The notes: generated by a model not told the origin, from the letters alone. A stretch of DNA of 64,000 nt from an uncultured Candidatus Actinomarina sp. (GCA_902634185.1 CACPJC010000003.1:1-64000), one strand, 5' to 3'. Shown: positions 1-9,690, counted from the first letter of the stretch. Numbers and translations: made by a program.

Positions 1-1
1 T

Positions 2-1120
2 AGAATTCTAAAGGAACAAGGAAAGCCTGTAATTGGCTTTGGTGCAGGTGAACCTGATTTCCCAACACCTTCACATGTTATAGAGGAAGTAAAAATTGCA
101 TCGGAAAATCCAACATATCATAAGTACACAGCAGTTGGTGGATTACCGATTTTACGAGATGAAATTTCTAGAACAACAAGAGAATACTCAAATTTTGAAG
201 TTAACCCAGATAATGTAGTTGTAACAAATGGAGGAAAACAAGCAATACTTACAACATTTATGTCACTGCTTGATCCTGGAGATGAAGTATTAATACCTTC
301 ACCTTATTGGACAACATACCCTGAAGCAGTAAAAATTTCAGGTGGGGAGCCAGTAATTGTTAATACAGATTTTGAAAATGATTTCAAAGTTACAGCTGAA
401 CAACTTGAAGAGAAATTTACAGAAAAAACCAAGGTTCTTGTATGGGTATCTCCATCGAATCCAACCGGGGTAGTCTATTCAAAAGAAGAAGCTGAAGAAA
501 TATATAACTGGGCATTTGATAAAAATATATGGATACTTTCGGATGAGCTTTACGAACATCTAGTTTATGAAGGCGTTACTTCGCCCTCTCCAGCAACTAT
601 TGATAAAAATCTCGAGAAAACAATTGTTGTGAATGGTGTTGCAAAAGCGTACTCAATGACTGGATGGAGAGTTGGTTGGATAATGGGTAATGATGATGTC
701 ATCGGTCTGTCTAAAAAAATTCAGTCTCATGCTACGTCAAATGTTGCAAATATTTCCCAAGTTGCTGCATATTCAGCATTAAAAAATGGATTGGACAGCA
801 CAAATGAAATGAAGAAAGCATTTGATAAAAGAAGAAATTATGCCCTAAATTTATTTAAAACCTTAGAAAACATAAGGGTTCCAAATGCAACAGGAGCTTT
901 TTACGTATTTCCAGATGTAAGTCATTACACAAATGGTCTTATAGAAGGGGTGAACACATCAATTGAGCTTTGCGATTGGTTATTGGAGAAATTCTACATT
1001 GCATTTGTACCTGGCGAGGTATTTGGGAAAGAAGGATTTTTACGTTGTTCTTATGCTCTAAGCGATCAAGATCTAGAGGAAGGCCTCACGAGATTTAAAG
1101 ACGCTCTAGAATCAATTTAA
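2..1120 (+). CDS. Class I PLP-dependent aminotransferase (aspartate aminotransferase-like), 5'-truncated by window edge
   Basis: The frame is open from base 2 (RILKEQGKPVIGFGAGEPDFPTP). Motifs SPSNPTG, SDELY and the PLP-lysine segment GVAKAYSMTGWRVGW are present. Confidence 0.93.
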   Translation, partial: RILKEQGKPVIGFGAGEPDFPTPSHVIEEVKIASENPTYHKYTAVGGLPILRDEISRTTREYSNFEVNPDNVVVTNGGKQAILTTFMSLLDPGDEVLIPSPYWTTYPEAVKISGGEPVIVNTDFENDFKVTAEQLEEKFTEKTKVLVWVSPSNPTGVVYSKEEAEEIYNWAFDKNIWILSDELYEHLVYEGVTSPSPATIDKNLEKTIVVNGVAKAYSMTGWRVGWIMGNDDVIGLSKKIQSHATSNVANISQVAAYSALKNGLDSTNEMKKAFDKRRNYALNLFKTLENIRVPNATGAFYVFPDVSHYTNGLIEGVNTSIELCDWLLEKFYIAFVPGEVFGKEGFLRCSYALSDQDLEEGLTRFKDALESI

Positions 1121-2340
1121 TGAACGAAGTAAAGAAAAAAAGTTTATATTCCTGGTTACTTTTTGATTTAGCAAATACAGTTTATGCATTTGTAATTCCT
1201 GGTTTATATTTTTCGGTCTGGCTTGTGAGTGAACAAGGTTGGACAGATCAAGCTTTGGGTCTGGCAACTTCGGGAGCAATGGTGATTGTTGCGCTAACCG
1301 GTCCCTGGGTAGGGGCAAGAAGTGATGGAGCACAAGGAAAGAAACCATTATTATTCATTACGACAGCAATCTGCATAGTAGCAACCTTTCTTCTTGGGAC
1401 ATTTAATGTAAATATATCTGTTTTATTGTTCATCATTTCATTGATTGGATTTAACCTTGGTTCGGTAGTCTATGATGCTTTGCTTGTTTCCGTAAGTAAT
1501 GAAAATAACAGAGGAAAGATTTCTGGCATGGGAGTTGCGTTTGGATACATGGGATCACTTATAGGATTTGGTGTTGCATCACTTCTTCAGGAATTTGGTT
1601 ACAGTTATGTAGAAATTTTTAGATCCGTGGCTATTCTTTTTCTATTATTTTCAATTCCGGCATTTTTATTCATTGAAGAGCAAAAATTTAATATTGATAA
1701 AGTAAGTGTAAAATTTAGAGAATCTCTTTATATAGTTGTTAAGTCATGGAAGCATTCCAGAGAATACAAAGGTCTTACAAGATTCCTTATTGGGAGATTC
1801 TTTTATGCAGATGCAATTAATACTTTAATCAGTGGTCTACTCGCTGTATATCTTGTCGAAGAGGCTGGACTTACAGCTGAAGACAGTCAGAATTTGTTAG
1901 CCTTAGCAATTATCATCTCGATTATCGGTGGTTATGTATATGGTAAAGCTGGAGATAAATATGGTCCAAGGAAATGCACTTTATTTAGCTTAGGTTGTTG
2001 GATGGTTTCATTAATCATTGCTGTTATTTCTACAGAGTTTGATATTGACTGGTTAATTTATGTAACTGGAGTAATTGGTGGATTCAACATTGGTGGAATA
2101 TTTGCGGTTGACAGAGTGTTCATGACAAGACTAAGTCCAAAAGAACATCTTGGTGAATTTTATGGTTTATATTCTACTGTTGGAAGATTTGCAACAATTG
2201 TAGGTCCAATTTTGTGGGGCTTTATTGTTAATACTTTAAATTTAGGACGAAATACTGCCATGTTGTCACTTGTTGTACTCTTAATGATTTCATTTTTTAT
2301 AATCAGAGGTGTATCTGATGAAAGCAATTTTGTAAATTAA
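1120..2340 (+). CDS. MFS transporter (UMF1/Atg22-like family)
   Basis: 406 aa with about 12 hydrophobic segments, N-terminal SWLLFDLANT and C-terminal GEFYGLYSTVGR motifs. Confidence 0.85.
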   Translation: MNEVKKKSLYSWLLFDLANTVYAFVIPGLYFSVWLVSEQGWTDQALGLATSGAMVIVALTGPWVGARSDGAQGKKPLLFITTAICIVATFLLGTFNVNISVLLFIISLIGFNLGSVVYDALLVSVSNENNRGKISGMGVAFGYMGSLIGFGVASLLQEFGYSYVEIFRSVAILFLLFSIPAFLFIEEQKFNIDKVSVKFRESLYIVVKSWKHSREYKGLTRFLIGRFFYADAINTLISGLLAVYLVEEAGLTAEDSQNLLALAIIISIIGGYVYGKAGDKYGPRKCTLFSLGCWMVSLIIAVISTEFDIDWLIYVTGVIGGFNIGGIFAVDRVFMTRLSPKEHLGEFYGLYSTVGRFATIVGPILWGFIVNTLNLGRNTAMLSLVVLLMISFFIIRGVSDESNFVN

Positions 2341-2344
2341 GTTA

Positions 2345-2698
2345 TTAGAAAAAGAAAAACCTTTTTTTCTTTTTGAATGTGTTTAATTCTTCTCGTGTAT
2401 TTTTTAGTTTTTCTCTTAAAAATTCACTTTCAGCCTCTGCTTTTGCTGCCCTCTCTCTAGCTTCAGCCATTAACTTATCAGCCTCATGTAAATTTCCTAA
2501 TTGATCTAAAACTTTCTTCCAAGCAGATATTGGAACGAGCATGTTTTCTTCTTCTTGAGTTTCATTTACCTCATCTACATTTTCAATAATTTCTTCATTT
2601 TCTGTTTCCTTTTCAACTTCTGAATCAGAGACTTGGTTTTTATCCTCAGAAGAGAAGAAATTATATTTCTGCGACATTCTTTCTTCGTAACTACTCAT
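2345..2698 (-). CDS. Hypothetical coiled-coil protein with basic/aromatic C-terminus
   Basis: 117-aa ORF overlapping the upstream gene by 1 nt. It has an acidic N-half, heptad-like EARERAAKAEAESEFLREKL, and ends KKKKRFFFF. Confidence 0.7.
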   Translation of the reverse strand: MSSYEERMSQKYNFFSSEDKNQVSDSEVEKETENEEIIENVDEVNETQEEENMLVPISAWKKVLDQLGNLHEADKLMAEARERAAKAEAESEFLREKLKNTREELNTFKKKKRFFFF

Positions 2699-3633
2699 TA
2701 AATAAAATCATCTTTCATTGTTTCCAAAGTAGGGTTTTTAAACTGAAATCCTTCTTTTAATAATTTTTGAGGAATTGCTCTTATACTATTTAAACCAAGT
2801 TGCTCGCCTAGTTCCCAGCCAACAGCTAATCTCATTATTATTGGCGGTAAAGGCGGAGCAAAGAAAGCCTTATCCATAATTTTGGCAATGGCTCTAGAAA
2901 ATTCTTTTTGTTGCAAAGGTTCAGGAGCTGTCACATTCACAGCACCATCGATATTTTCATTTTCTAAACAAAATACGAATGCTTCCGCCATGTCATAAAC
3001 AGATACCCAAGAAAAATATTGTTTACCATCTCCAATTGGGCCAGACAAATTTAATTTTGATATAAGTGTAAATATTTGTGTTGCGATATTTCCCTTCCCT
3101 AGAACAATTCCAGCTCTACACTTCATTACTCTTACACCCATCTTTTCAATTTCATATAATGGTTCTTCCCAGCATTCTTCTGCTACCATTTGTAAAAATT
3201 GACCTCGATTAAAAGAGGTTTCTTCGGTAACTATCTCATCTCCGTGATCTCCATAAATATCATTTCCAGATGCAGTGATAAATATTTTTGGATATTTTTC
3301 AGAAGATTTGTATGTATCCACAAAAAGATCAGATGCCCACTTCCTGGACCAATAAATTCTTGATTTTCTTTCTTTAGACCAACGACCACCTGCAAATGGG
3401 AGGAAGCCTAATATATCTTGTGGGGCTATACTTTCTCCTGCTAAATGGATTATTGCATCAAGTTCTTGAAATTTGTCTTTATCTATTTCCTTCTTTGCTG
3501 GGCTCCAATAAATTTCATCATCATTCTTAACTTCTCTTCTTACAAATCTTTTAACTTCATGGCCAGAATCCTTTAAAATTTTTATTGTTTTTTTACCAAT
3601 AAAACCAGAGGCACCTGTGACCCCAACTATCAT
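2698..3633 (-). CDS. TIGR01777/YfcH-family NAD-dependent epimerase-like oxidoreductase
   Basis: Rossmann motif VTGASGFIG, plus HLAGESI, GDGKQYFSWV, GAVNVTAP and PQKLLKEGFQF. Confidence 0.9.
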   Translation of the reverse strand: MIVGVTGASGFIGKKTIKILKDSGHEVKRFVRREVKNDDEIYWSPAKKEIDKDKFQELDAIIHLAGESIAPQDILGFLPFAGGRWSKERKSRIYWSRKWASDLFVDTYKSSEKYPKIFITASGNDIYGDHGDEIVTEETSFNRGQFLQMVAEECWEEPLYEIEKMGVRVMKCRAGIVLGKGNIATQIFTLISKLNLSGPIGDGKQYFSWVSVYDMAEAFVFCLENENIDGAVNVTAPEPLQQKEFSRAIAKIMDKAFFAPPLPPIIMRLAVGWELGEQLGLNSIRAIPQKLLKEGFQFKNPTLETMKDDFI

Positions 3634-3932
3634 TCTTCTTCGTCTCCATAAAATAGGAAGAAGTCTTCGATTATCTTCTGAAAGTCTGTAACTGCAGTAC
3701 CCATGTTTTTTGTGAAATTGACGGTAACAACATTCGATTGAATAAAAATATTTTCAATATCATTTGAGAATTGAAATAGTTTCATTGCTAGTTGTGCGCT
3801 GATTTCATTTGTTAATGAAGCATGGGCTATATTGTAATAAGTTTCACCATCTTGTCCTGATAAAGATCTGTTTAAGTCGAATATGACATTTTTTCCAAAT
3901 TGAGTTGTCTTTAATTCAATTTTTTGGCCCAT
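3630..3932 (-). CDS. Hypothetical protein, resembles Nfu/NifU N-terminal scaffold domain
   Basis: 100 aa. The pattern LAMKLFQ...IENIFIQSNVVTV resembles Nfu_N. Translationally coupled to pyk and the TIGR01777 gene. Confidence 0.55.
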   Translation of the reverse strand: MGQKIELKTTQFGKNVIFDLNRSLSGQDGETYYNIAHASLTNEISAQLAMKLFQFSNDIENIFIQSNVVTVNFTKNMGTAVTDFQKIIEDFFLFYGDEEE

Positions 3933-5329
3933 TAAAATTCACCAATCTTTATTACTCTAATAAGGTTAGTTGCTGCCTCTTTATTTGGAGGTGTACCAGC
4001 GACAATAACTACTTTATCATTTTTTAAAAAATTCATCTCTTCAGTTAACCATTGATTTGCAATTGCAAACATCTCATCAGTAGTTTCTAGTCTATCTATC
4101 TTTATCTGTTCTACTCCCCATATCAAATTAAGTTGATTGAAAGTTTTTGCAACAGTTGTAAATGTAAAAATTGGAGCAGTTGGTCGATGATTTGAAATCA
4201 ACAATGCTGTTTTTCCAGTTTCAGTAAAAGCTACGATTGCCTTTGCATTAGAATCATTGGCTACTTGTACTGCAGCTTTTGAAAGTGAATTTGTTAGTTC
4301 ATCAGAAGTCAATATGTCTTTAGATGAAGTTATTTTTGTACCAGAAACACTATCTACCTCACTACAAATCTTGGCCATGGCACTGACAACTTCAATTGGG
4401 TTTTCACCAATTGAGGTTTCAGCTGACAACATTACAGCATCAGTTCCATCGAGTATTGCATTTGTAATATCCGAAACCTCTGCTCTTGTAGGGCGATGAG
4501 AAGAAATCATAGAAGTTAACATTTCAGTAGCTGTAATCGTAATTTTTCCCTGTAAATTTGTTTCATTTAATATCTCTTTTTGAACGAGCGGAATTCTCTC
4601 AAGAGGAAGTTGTACACCTAAATCACCCCTTGCTACCATTACTCCATCTGACTCTTGAATGATTGATTTTAGATTTTTTACTGCAGACTTAAGTTCAATT
4701 TTTGCTATTACTTTTGTATCATCATCAATGTATTTCTTGACATTTATAATATCTTCTGCGTTTCGAACAAATGAAACAGCAACAAAATCAACCCCAAGTT
4801 GATTGCCGAACTCTAAATCTTCAATATCTTTTTTCGTTAAAGTTGAAACTGATAAATTAGAATCTGGGAAAGCGACACCTTGATTTGACCTCAATTCTCC
4901 ACCAATTTCTACATCAGCAAGAACTTTATTTTTTTCTATTTTTGTAACTCTTAAGGACAATTTTCCATCATCAATTAATATTCGTTCACCTTCACTCACA
5001 TCTTCAAATAACTGCTCATAATTTATGACGATATTTTCATCATTTTTCTTGGAATCTTTATTGGATATTTCAATTTCAGCTCCTTGAGATAGATCAAATG
5101 ATTCTTCCAAAAAGCCTGTTCTTATTTTTGGACCTTGAATATCTTGCATTATTGCAATCTTTTTATTTGATGATCTAGCCCAATCTACTATTTGTTTATA
5201 TTCGTCATTAGATCCATGTGAAAAATTTAACCTTAAAACATTAGCTCCTGCATCAATAATTTCATTGATGGCCTCTTTTGAATGAATACTTGGACCTACA
5301 GTTGCGATTATTTTAGTTTTTCTTGTCAT
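3932..5329 (-). CDS. pyk: Pyruvate kinase
   Basis: MTRKTKIIATVGP start at 5329. Motifs RLNFSHG, DIQGPKIR, MVARGDLG, PTRAEVSD and DAVMLSAET. Confidence 0.97.
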   Translation of the reverse strand: MTRKTKIIATVGPSIHSKEAINEIIDAGANVLRLNFSHGSNDEYKQIVDWARSSNKKIAIMQDIQGPKIRTGFLEESFDLSQGAEIEISNKDSKKNDENIVINYEQLFEDVSEGERILIDDGKLSLRVTKIEKNKVLADVEIGGELRSNQGVAFPDSNLSVSTLTKKDIEDLEFGNQLGVDFVAVSFVRNAEDIINVKKYIDDDTKVIAKIELKSAVKNLKSIIQESDGVMVARGDLGVQLPLERIPLVQKEILNETNLQGKITITATEMLTSMISSHRPTRAEVSDITNAILDGTDAVMLSAETSIGENPIEVVSAMAKICSEVDSVSGTKITSSKDILTSDELTNSLSKAAVQVANDSNAKAIVAFTETGKTALLISNHRPTAPIFTFTTVAKTFNQLNLIWGVEQIKIDRLETTDEMFAIANQWLTEEMNFLKNDKVVIVAGTPPNKEAATNLIRVIKIGEF

Positions 5330-5372
5330 TTCAATATATAACTTAATAGCATGGAATATGTAAAGTGTTGTA

Positions 5373-5975
5373 ATGTTAAAAAATTTTTTGATAGGTATCC
5401 CCGTAAGAAATTTTAAAAATCCTATGTCTAGACTTGAAAATGTTCTGAGTGTCGAAAAAAGAATAGAACTTTCAAAAGGAATGTTTGAAAATATAGTGAA
5501 ATCATTTGAAAATGAAGACACAAAAATTGTTTGTATCACAAATGATGAGCTTGTTATTGATTACTGTAAGAATAATGATATTGAGACATTCTCAACCAGA
5601 AAAAAGGGTTTAAATTTTGAGCTAGAAGAATTTCTTCATTCTTATGAATATGAATATTGGACTATCTGCCATGCTGACCTGCCATATCTAAACAATTTTT
5701 ATGCACAAGAATGGATAAAAGAATGCAAGAGATCTCAGATTGTAATATGTTCAAGTAAAGATAGCGGAACTCCTCTGCTTGGGGGAAATATTAAAATTAA
5801 AAAATTAATGTATGGTAAAAATAGTTTTGATAATCACATGAATATTTTTCTTCAAGAAAATTTAAATGTCAAAAAATCATTTAATAAAGAATTTAGTTTT
5901 GAGATAGATGATGAAGAAGATTTCAATAGTTTTCTTCAGCATAGACCAAGATGGTCTAAAAATTTAGAGTTTTAG
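5373..5975 (+). CDS. cofC: 2-phospho-L-lactate/PEP guanylyltransferase-like protein (CofC/FbiD, F420 biosynthesis), divergent
   Basis: IPVRNFKNPMSRLENVLS...R matches the CofC N-terminal motif. ADLP, DSGT, YGKNSF..H and EIDDEED follow the CofC pattern. Confidence 0.7.
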   Translation: MLKNFLIGIPVRNFKNPMSRLENVLSVEKRIELSKGMFENIVKSFENEDTKIVCITNDELVIDYCKNNDIETFSTRKKGLNFELEEFLHSYEYEYWTICHADLPYLNNFYAQEWIKECKRSQIVICSSKDSGTPLLGGNIKIKKLMYGKNSFDNHMNIFLQENLNVKKSFNKEFSFEIDDEEDFNSFLQHRPRWSKNLEF

Positions 5976-6048
5976 CAGCCCCGACCGGATTTGAACCGGC
6001 GTTTCCGCCTTGAGAGCGCGGCGTCCTAGGCCTCTGGACGACGGGGCC
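5976..6048 (-). tRNA. tRNA-Glu(CTC)
   Basis: Reverse complement GGCCCCGTCGTCCAGAGGCCTAGGACGCCGCG-CTCTCAA-GGCGGAAACGCCGGTTCAAATCCGGTCGGGGCTG folds as a cloverleaf. CCA is not encoded. Confidence 0.93.
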
Positions 6049-6052
6049 TCTG

Positions 6053-6124
6053 CTCGGGGAGAAGGACTTGAACCCTCAACGATGGGACCAGAACCCATTG
6101 TGTTGCCAATTACACCATCCCCGA
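6053..6124 (-). tRNA. tRNA-Gln(CTG)
   Basis: Reverse complement TCGGGGATGGTGTAATTGGCAACACAATGGG-TTCTGGT-CCCATCGTTGAGGGTTCAAGTCCTTCTCCCCGAG. Confidence 0.95.
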
Positions 6125-6131
6125 AAGGTAG

Positions 6132-6204
6132 CAGCCCCGACCGGATTCGAACCGGCGTTTCTGGGTTGAAAACCCAGCGTCCTAGGCCTCTGGACGACGG
6201 GGCC
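6132..6204 (-). tRNA. tRNA-Glu(TTC)
   Basis: Reverse complement GGCCCCGTCGTCCAGAGGCCTAGGACGCTGGG-TTTTCAA-CCCAGAAACGCCGGTTCGAATCCGGTCGGGGCTG. Confidence 0.96.
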
Positions 6205-6242
6205 GTATTTGTATAAGAATATAGTAACTTATATATTATTTG

Positions 6243-7550
6243 TTACAAATTATCAATCTTTTCGGCAATTCTTGCAATTGTGGAAGATTGACCTAGTGCA
6301 TAAATGGATTCAAATAACGGTGGACTTATTTTTGTACCAGTTATTGCAACTCTTGCAGCCTGGAACCCTTCTTTAGGTTTTAAATCAAGTTTCTTTAATT
6401 GTTCACGCATCATTGCTTCAATTTTGTCTAGTTCAAAATCTTTCATTGTTTTAAATTCATTTCGAATGTTCGTAAGATAATCCTGTGCAGATTTTGAATT
6501 AACTTCTTCCCATTCGTCCTTGTCAACATTAAAAGGCTCATCGAGTAGAAATTCAACCTGTCCCATTAAGTCCTTTAATGTTTCAAGGCGCTCTTGGACA
6601 ACAGAAAGAATTAAATTGATCCTTTCAATTTCCTCGCTAAATAGCTCCCTTGATAATGAAGTTTCAATTGACTCAACAGCAATCTTATTAAATGTTTTTT
6701 CATCAAACTCTCTTATATATTGACCATTCATCCAAAGAAGCTTTTGTGTATCAAAAATTGCTGGATTAGCTAAAACATTTTTTAAATCAAAATTATTAAT
6801 TGCAAATTCTTTGTCAAATATTTCTAAATCATTTCCTGGGGACCAACCAAGAATCGACATATAATTAAACATTGTTTCAGATAAAACTCCACGTTCTCTA
6901 AAAGATGAGACTGAAGTATCACCATGCCTTTTACTTAATTTTTTTCCATCTGGACCAAACAATAAAGGAAGATGGCAAAAATCAGGAACTTTTGCATTTA
7001 ATGCATTCATTATCATTATATGTTTTGGAGTGGAAGAAAGGATATCTTCTCCTCTAGCGATTATTGTTATTTCATAGTCAATATCATCTACAGTCGAAGC
7101 TAAGTGATATGTTGGGCTTTTATCAGATCTTAAAATTACAAAATCTTCAACATCATTGGAATTAAATTTCATATCCCCTCTTACGTAGTCTTGGAATAAT
7201 ATCTCTTTATCTTTTTCAACTCTAAACCTCACTGCTCCATCATCTTCATATGCAAAATCATTTTCCAGTAGTTGATTTGCTATTTCCTCATATCTGGCAA
7301 ATCTATCTGATTGTTTATAAGAGTTTGAATCACTTAATTCATAACCCTCATCCCAGTCGATACCAAGCCATGAAAGATTTTGTACAATATTTTCAATATA
7401 TTCTGGGGTGCTTCTTTCAGTATCAGTATCGTCTATTCTGAGAACAAATTGACCATTATTTTTTCTTGCATAAAGCCAGTTAAATAATGCCGTTCTTGCA
7501 TTGCCAATATGAAGCTCTCCAGTAGGTGATGGTGCAATTCTTAATTTCAT
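6243..7550 (-). CDS. gltX: Glutamate--tRNA ligase (compact form)
   Basis: RIAPSPTGELHIGNART, RIDDTD, RGED and KLSKR motifs. Sits directly upstream of the tRNA-Glu/Gln genes. Confidence 0.96.
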   Translation of the reverse strand: MKLRIAPSPTGELHIGNARTALFNWLYARKNNGQFVLRIDDTDTERSTPEYIENIVQNLSWLGIDWDEGYELSDSNSYKQSDRFARYEEIANQLLENDFAYEDDGAVRFRVEKDKEILFQDYVRGDMKFNSNDVEDFVILRSDKSPTYHLASTVDDIDYEITIIARGEDILSSTPKHIMIMNALNAKVPDFCHLPLLFGPDGKKLSKRHGDTSVSSFRERGVLSETMFNYMSILGWSPGNDLEIFDKEFAINNFDLKNVLANPAIFDTQKLLWMNGQYIREFDEKTFNKIAVESIETSLSRELFSEEIERINLILSVVQERLETLKDLMGQVEFLLDEPFNVDKDEWEEVNSKSAQDYLTNIRNEFKTMKDFELDKIEAMMREQLKKLDLKPKEGFQAARVAITGTKISPPLFESIYALGQSSTIARIAEKIDNL

Positions 7551-7553
7551 AAT

Positions 7554-8321
7554 TTACTCAACTGAATTTATTAAGGTTCCAAGTGTCTCAATTTCAATTT
7601 TAATTTCATCTCCAGGCTTAACTTGACTAACCCCTTCAGGTGTACCCGTCATCACAACATCGCCTGGAAGTAATGTCATAATTGAAGTAACAAATTCTAA
7701 TATTTCGCCGATTGAATAGATCATATCTCGACTGTTCCCATCCTGTTTAAGTTCACCATTTACAAATGCTTTAATGTTGAGTTCTGGATTATTTGTAAAC
7801 TCTGTTTGGATAAATGGTCCTAAAGGACAAAATGTGTCAAAACCCTTTGCTCTTGTAAAGTGACCTGTTTTGCCTTGTAGTACTCTTTCTGATAAATCAT
7901 TAGCTGCAGTTAATCCAAGGACATGTTCCGTCCAATTTTCTCTAGAAATATTTTTACTGACTTTTGAAATCACTAGTGCTAGTTCTGCTTCATGATCAAC
8001 ATGTTGACCTATTTTTGGATATATTATATTCTGACCAGTGCCAATTACTGAGGTTGAAGGTTTAATAAAAAATACTGGATTATCTGCCTGATACTCATAT
8101 CCAGGCAATCCCATTTCCTCAGCATGTTTTGCATAGTTTTTTGCTACTGCAACAACTTTTGATGGTAAGACTGGTGCTAATAATTCAATTTCATCAAGTT
8201 GATAGATTTCTTCTGTACTTTCCCAGACAACTAGAGGTGATCCCTTGTAACGAACAACTTTGTCCTCAATTAGCTCTCCATAAAAGATTTCATTTTGATA
8301 TTTTGCTCTTACAATTTTCAT
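7554..8321 (-). CDS. Fumarylacetoacetate hydrolase family protein
   Basis: KNYAKHAEE, FIKP, DHEAELA, ANDLSER, KGFDTFCPLGP and LLPGDVVMTGTP. Confidence 0.92.
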   Translation of the reverse strand: MKIVRAKYQNEIFYGELIEDKVVRYKGSPLVVWESTEEIYQLDEIELLAPVLPSKVVAVAKNYAKHAEEMGLPGYEYQADNPVFFIKPSTSVIGTGQNIIYPKIGQHVDHEAELALVISKVSKNISRENWTEHVLGLTAANDLSERVLQGKTGHFTRAKGFDTFCPLGPFIQTEFTNNPELNIKAFVNGELKQDGNSRDMIYSIGEILEFVTSIMTLLPGDVVMTGTPEGVSQVKPGDEIKIEIETLGTLINSVE

Positions 8322-8359
8322 ACTTTAAACAATATTAAGGCATTAGAAAAATAGAGTGT

Positions 8360-8776
8360 TTAGTAAAAATTAAAAATTGATAAAAGGTGTGTGCCTTTAT
8401 TTTTTTCCTTAGAGCATTTAATTAATAATTCTTCAGATAGATCACCAAGGCTATTTTCAGATATTCTTAATATACCCAATATATGGTGAAGATCATATAC
8501 TGTTGGAGCTCTACCAAAATGAGCTGCTCTATTAATCATAAGATTTGTAACAATCGATGAAACTAATTTATTTCTTGGATGGTTACCCCATAAAGTTTTG
8601 TACTTGTTCACTATTTTTAATGCAAAACCACTGTCTGGTCCAGTACTTCCAAAAACTTCTTTGTCATTTGGATCAAGATTTTCTGCATGTCTTTTAGAGT
8701 TTTTCCTCGGGACAGGCATTACCGGGTCGTTTATTCTTTTAATTTTATCTAAATTGATATTTGGTTCTTGAGGCAT
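8360..8776 (-). CDS. Hypothetical protein
   Basis: 138-aa ORF coupled to ilvE by a 1-nt overlap. Motif-like segments GPDSGFAL and AHFGRAP are present. Confidence 0.65.
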   Translation of the reverse strand: MPQEPNINLDKIKRINDPVMPVPRKNSKRHAENLDPNDKEVFGSTGPDSGFALKIVNKYKTLWGNHPRNKLVSSIVTNLMINRAAHFGRAPTVYDLHHILGILRISENSLGDLSEELLIKCSKEKNKGTHLLSIFNFY

Positions 8777-9690
8777 TAAATCAATGTTATATATGATTTA
8801 AAATTATCATTCTTTGCATTAACCACATCTTCATATGAATCAATTATGTCTGAAGTAATTTTTCCAACCAGCCCATCAGATATATCATCTTTATCAATAC
8901 TTACTACTCCAATAACACCCGTTGCAGTTCCGGTAAAAAACACCTCATCTGCAGTTTTAAGATCTTCAACAGTAAGGTTTTTTTCTTCAATTGGTATATT
9001 TTTCTGTTCAGCAATCTCAATTACTGTTCTTCTGGTAATTCCATTTAGGGCACCTGTGGAATTTGGAGGTGTGAAAATATTATTATCTTTAACAATAAAA
9101 ATATTTTGTCCACTGCCCTCAGCAACTGTTCCATCATCACCCAACATTATTGCGTCATCATAACCATTCTCAACAGCATCAATCTTGGCTAATGTGGAGT
9201 TCATGTAGCCTCCTACACCTTTAGCTAAAGGTATAAAACTCGTCGGACTAATTCTTCTCCATCTTGAAATACAAACGTTGACACCCTGGTTGACTGCCTC
9301 GTCTCCTAAATAAGATCCCCAGTACCACGCTGCTATTGAAACCCTTACAGGAACATCTTTTGGAAGAAGTCCCATTTCTCCTTCACCAAAAAAAACTAAA
9401 GGTCTGATGTATGCCGATTCGAGCTTGTTTTTGCTTACAACATCTTTTATTGCTTCGAAGATAACTTCTTTAGTGTACGGAATTTTTAAATTATATGAAT
9501 CAGCTGAAGCAAATAATCTATCAACATGGTCATTAAGTCTAAAAATTGAGACACCTTTTTCTGTATTTCTTGCTCTTATACCTTCAAACACACCAGTCCC
9601 ATAATGCAGAGTGTGTGTCATTACATTTATCTGAGCACTGTCCCAGTCAACAAATTCACCATCAAACCATATAAATTCGGATTTTTCCAC
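8776..9690 (-). CDS. ilvE: Branched-chain amino acid aminotransferase
   Basis: HTLHYGTGVFEGIR, AYIRP, AKGVGGY, EGSGQN, LNGITR and EVFFTGTA. GTG start. Confidence 0.95.
   Translation of the reverse strand: MEKSEFIWFDGEFVDWDSAQINVMTHTLHYGTGVFEGIRARNTEKGVSIFRLNDHVDRLFASADSYNLKIPYTKEVIFEAIKDVVSKNKLESAYIRPLVFFGEGEMGLLPKDVPVRVSIAAWYWGSYLGDEAVNQGVNVCISRWRRISPTSFIPLAKGVGGYMNSTLAKIDAVENGYDDAIMLGDDGTVAEGSGQNIFIVKDNNIFTPPNSTGALNGITRRTVIEIAEQKNIPIEEKNLTVEDLKTADEVFFTGTATGVIGVVSIDKDDISDGLVGKITSDIIDSYEDVVNAKNDNFKSYITLI

Noticed and set aside
5330-5539. 70-aa N-terminal extension of pyk in the ORF track
   Set aside because: It overlaps the divergent cofC-like gene. The canonical Pyk start MTRKTKII is at 5329.
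5976-6204. tRNA cluster as an integration site for an island
   Set aside because: There is no integrase, I noticed no duplicated tRNA 3' end elsewhere in the window, and the flanks are housekeeping genes.
6010-6216. 68-aa + strand ORF with repeated RPRPLDDGA
   Set aside because: It is the antisense reading of the tRNA-Glu/Gln/Glu cluster. The repeat comes from the two similar tRNA-Glu genes.
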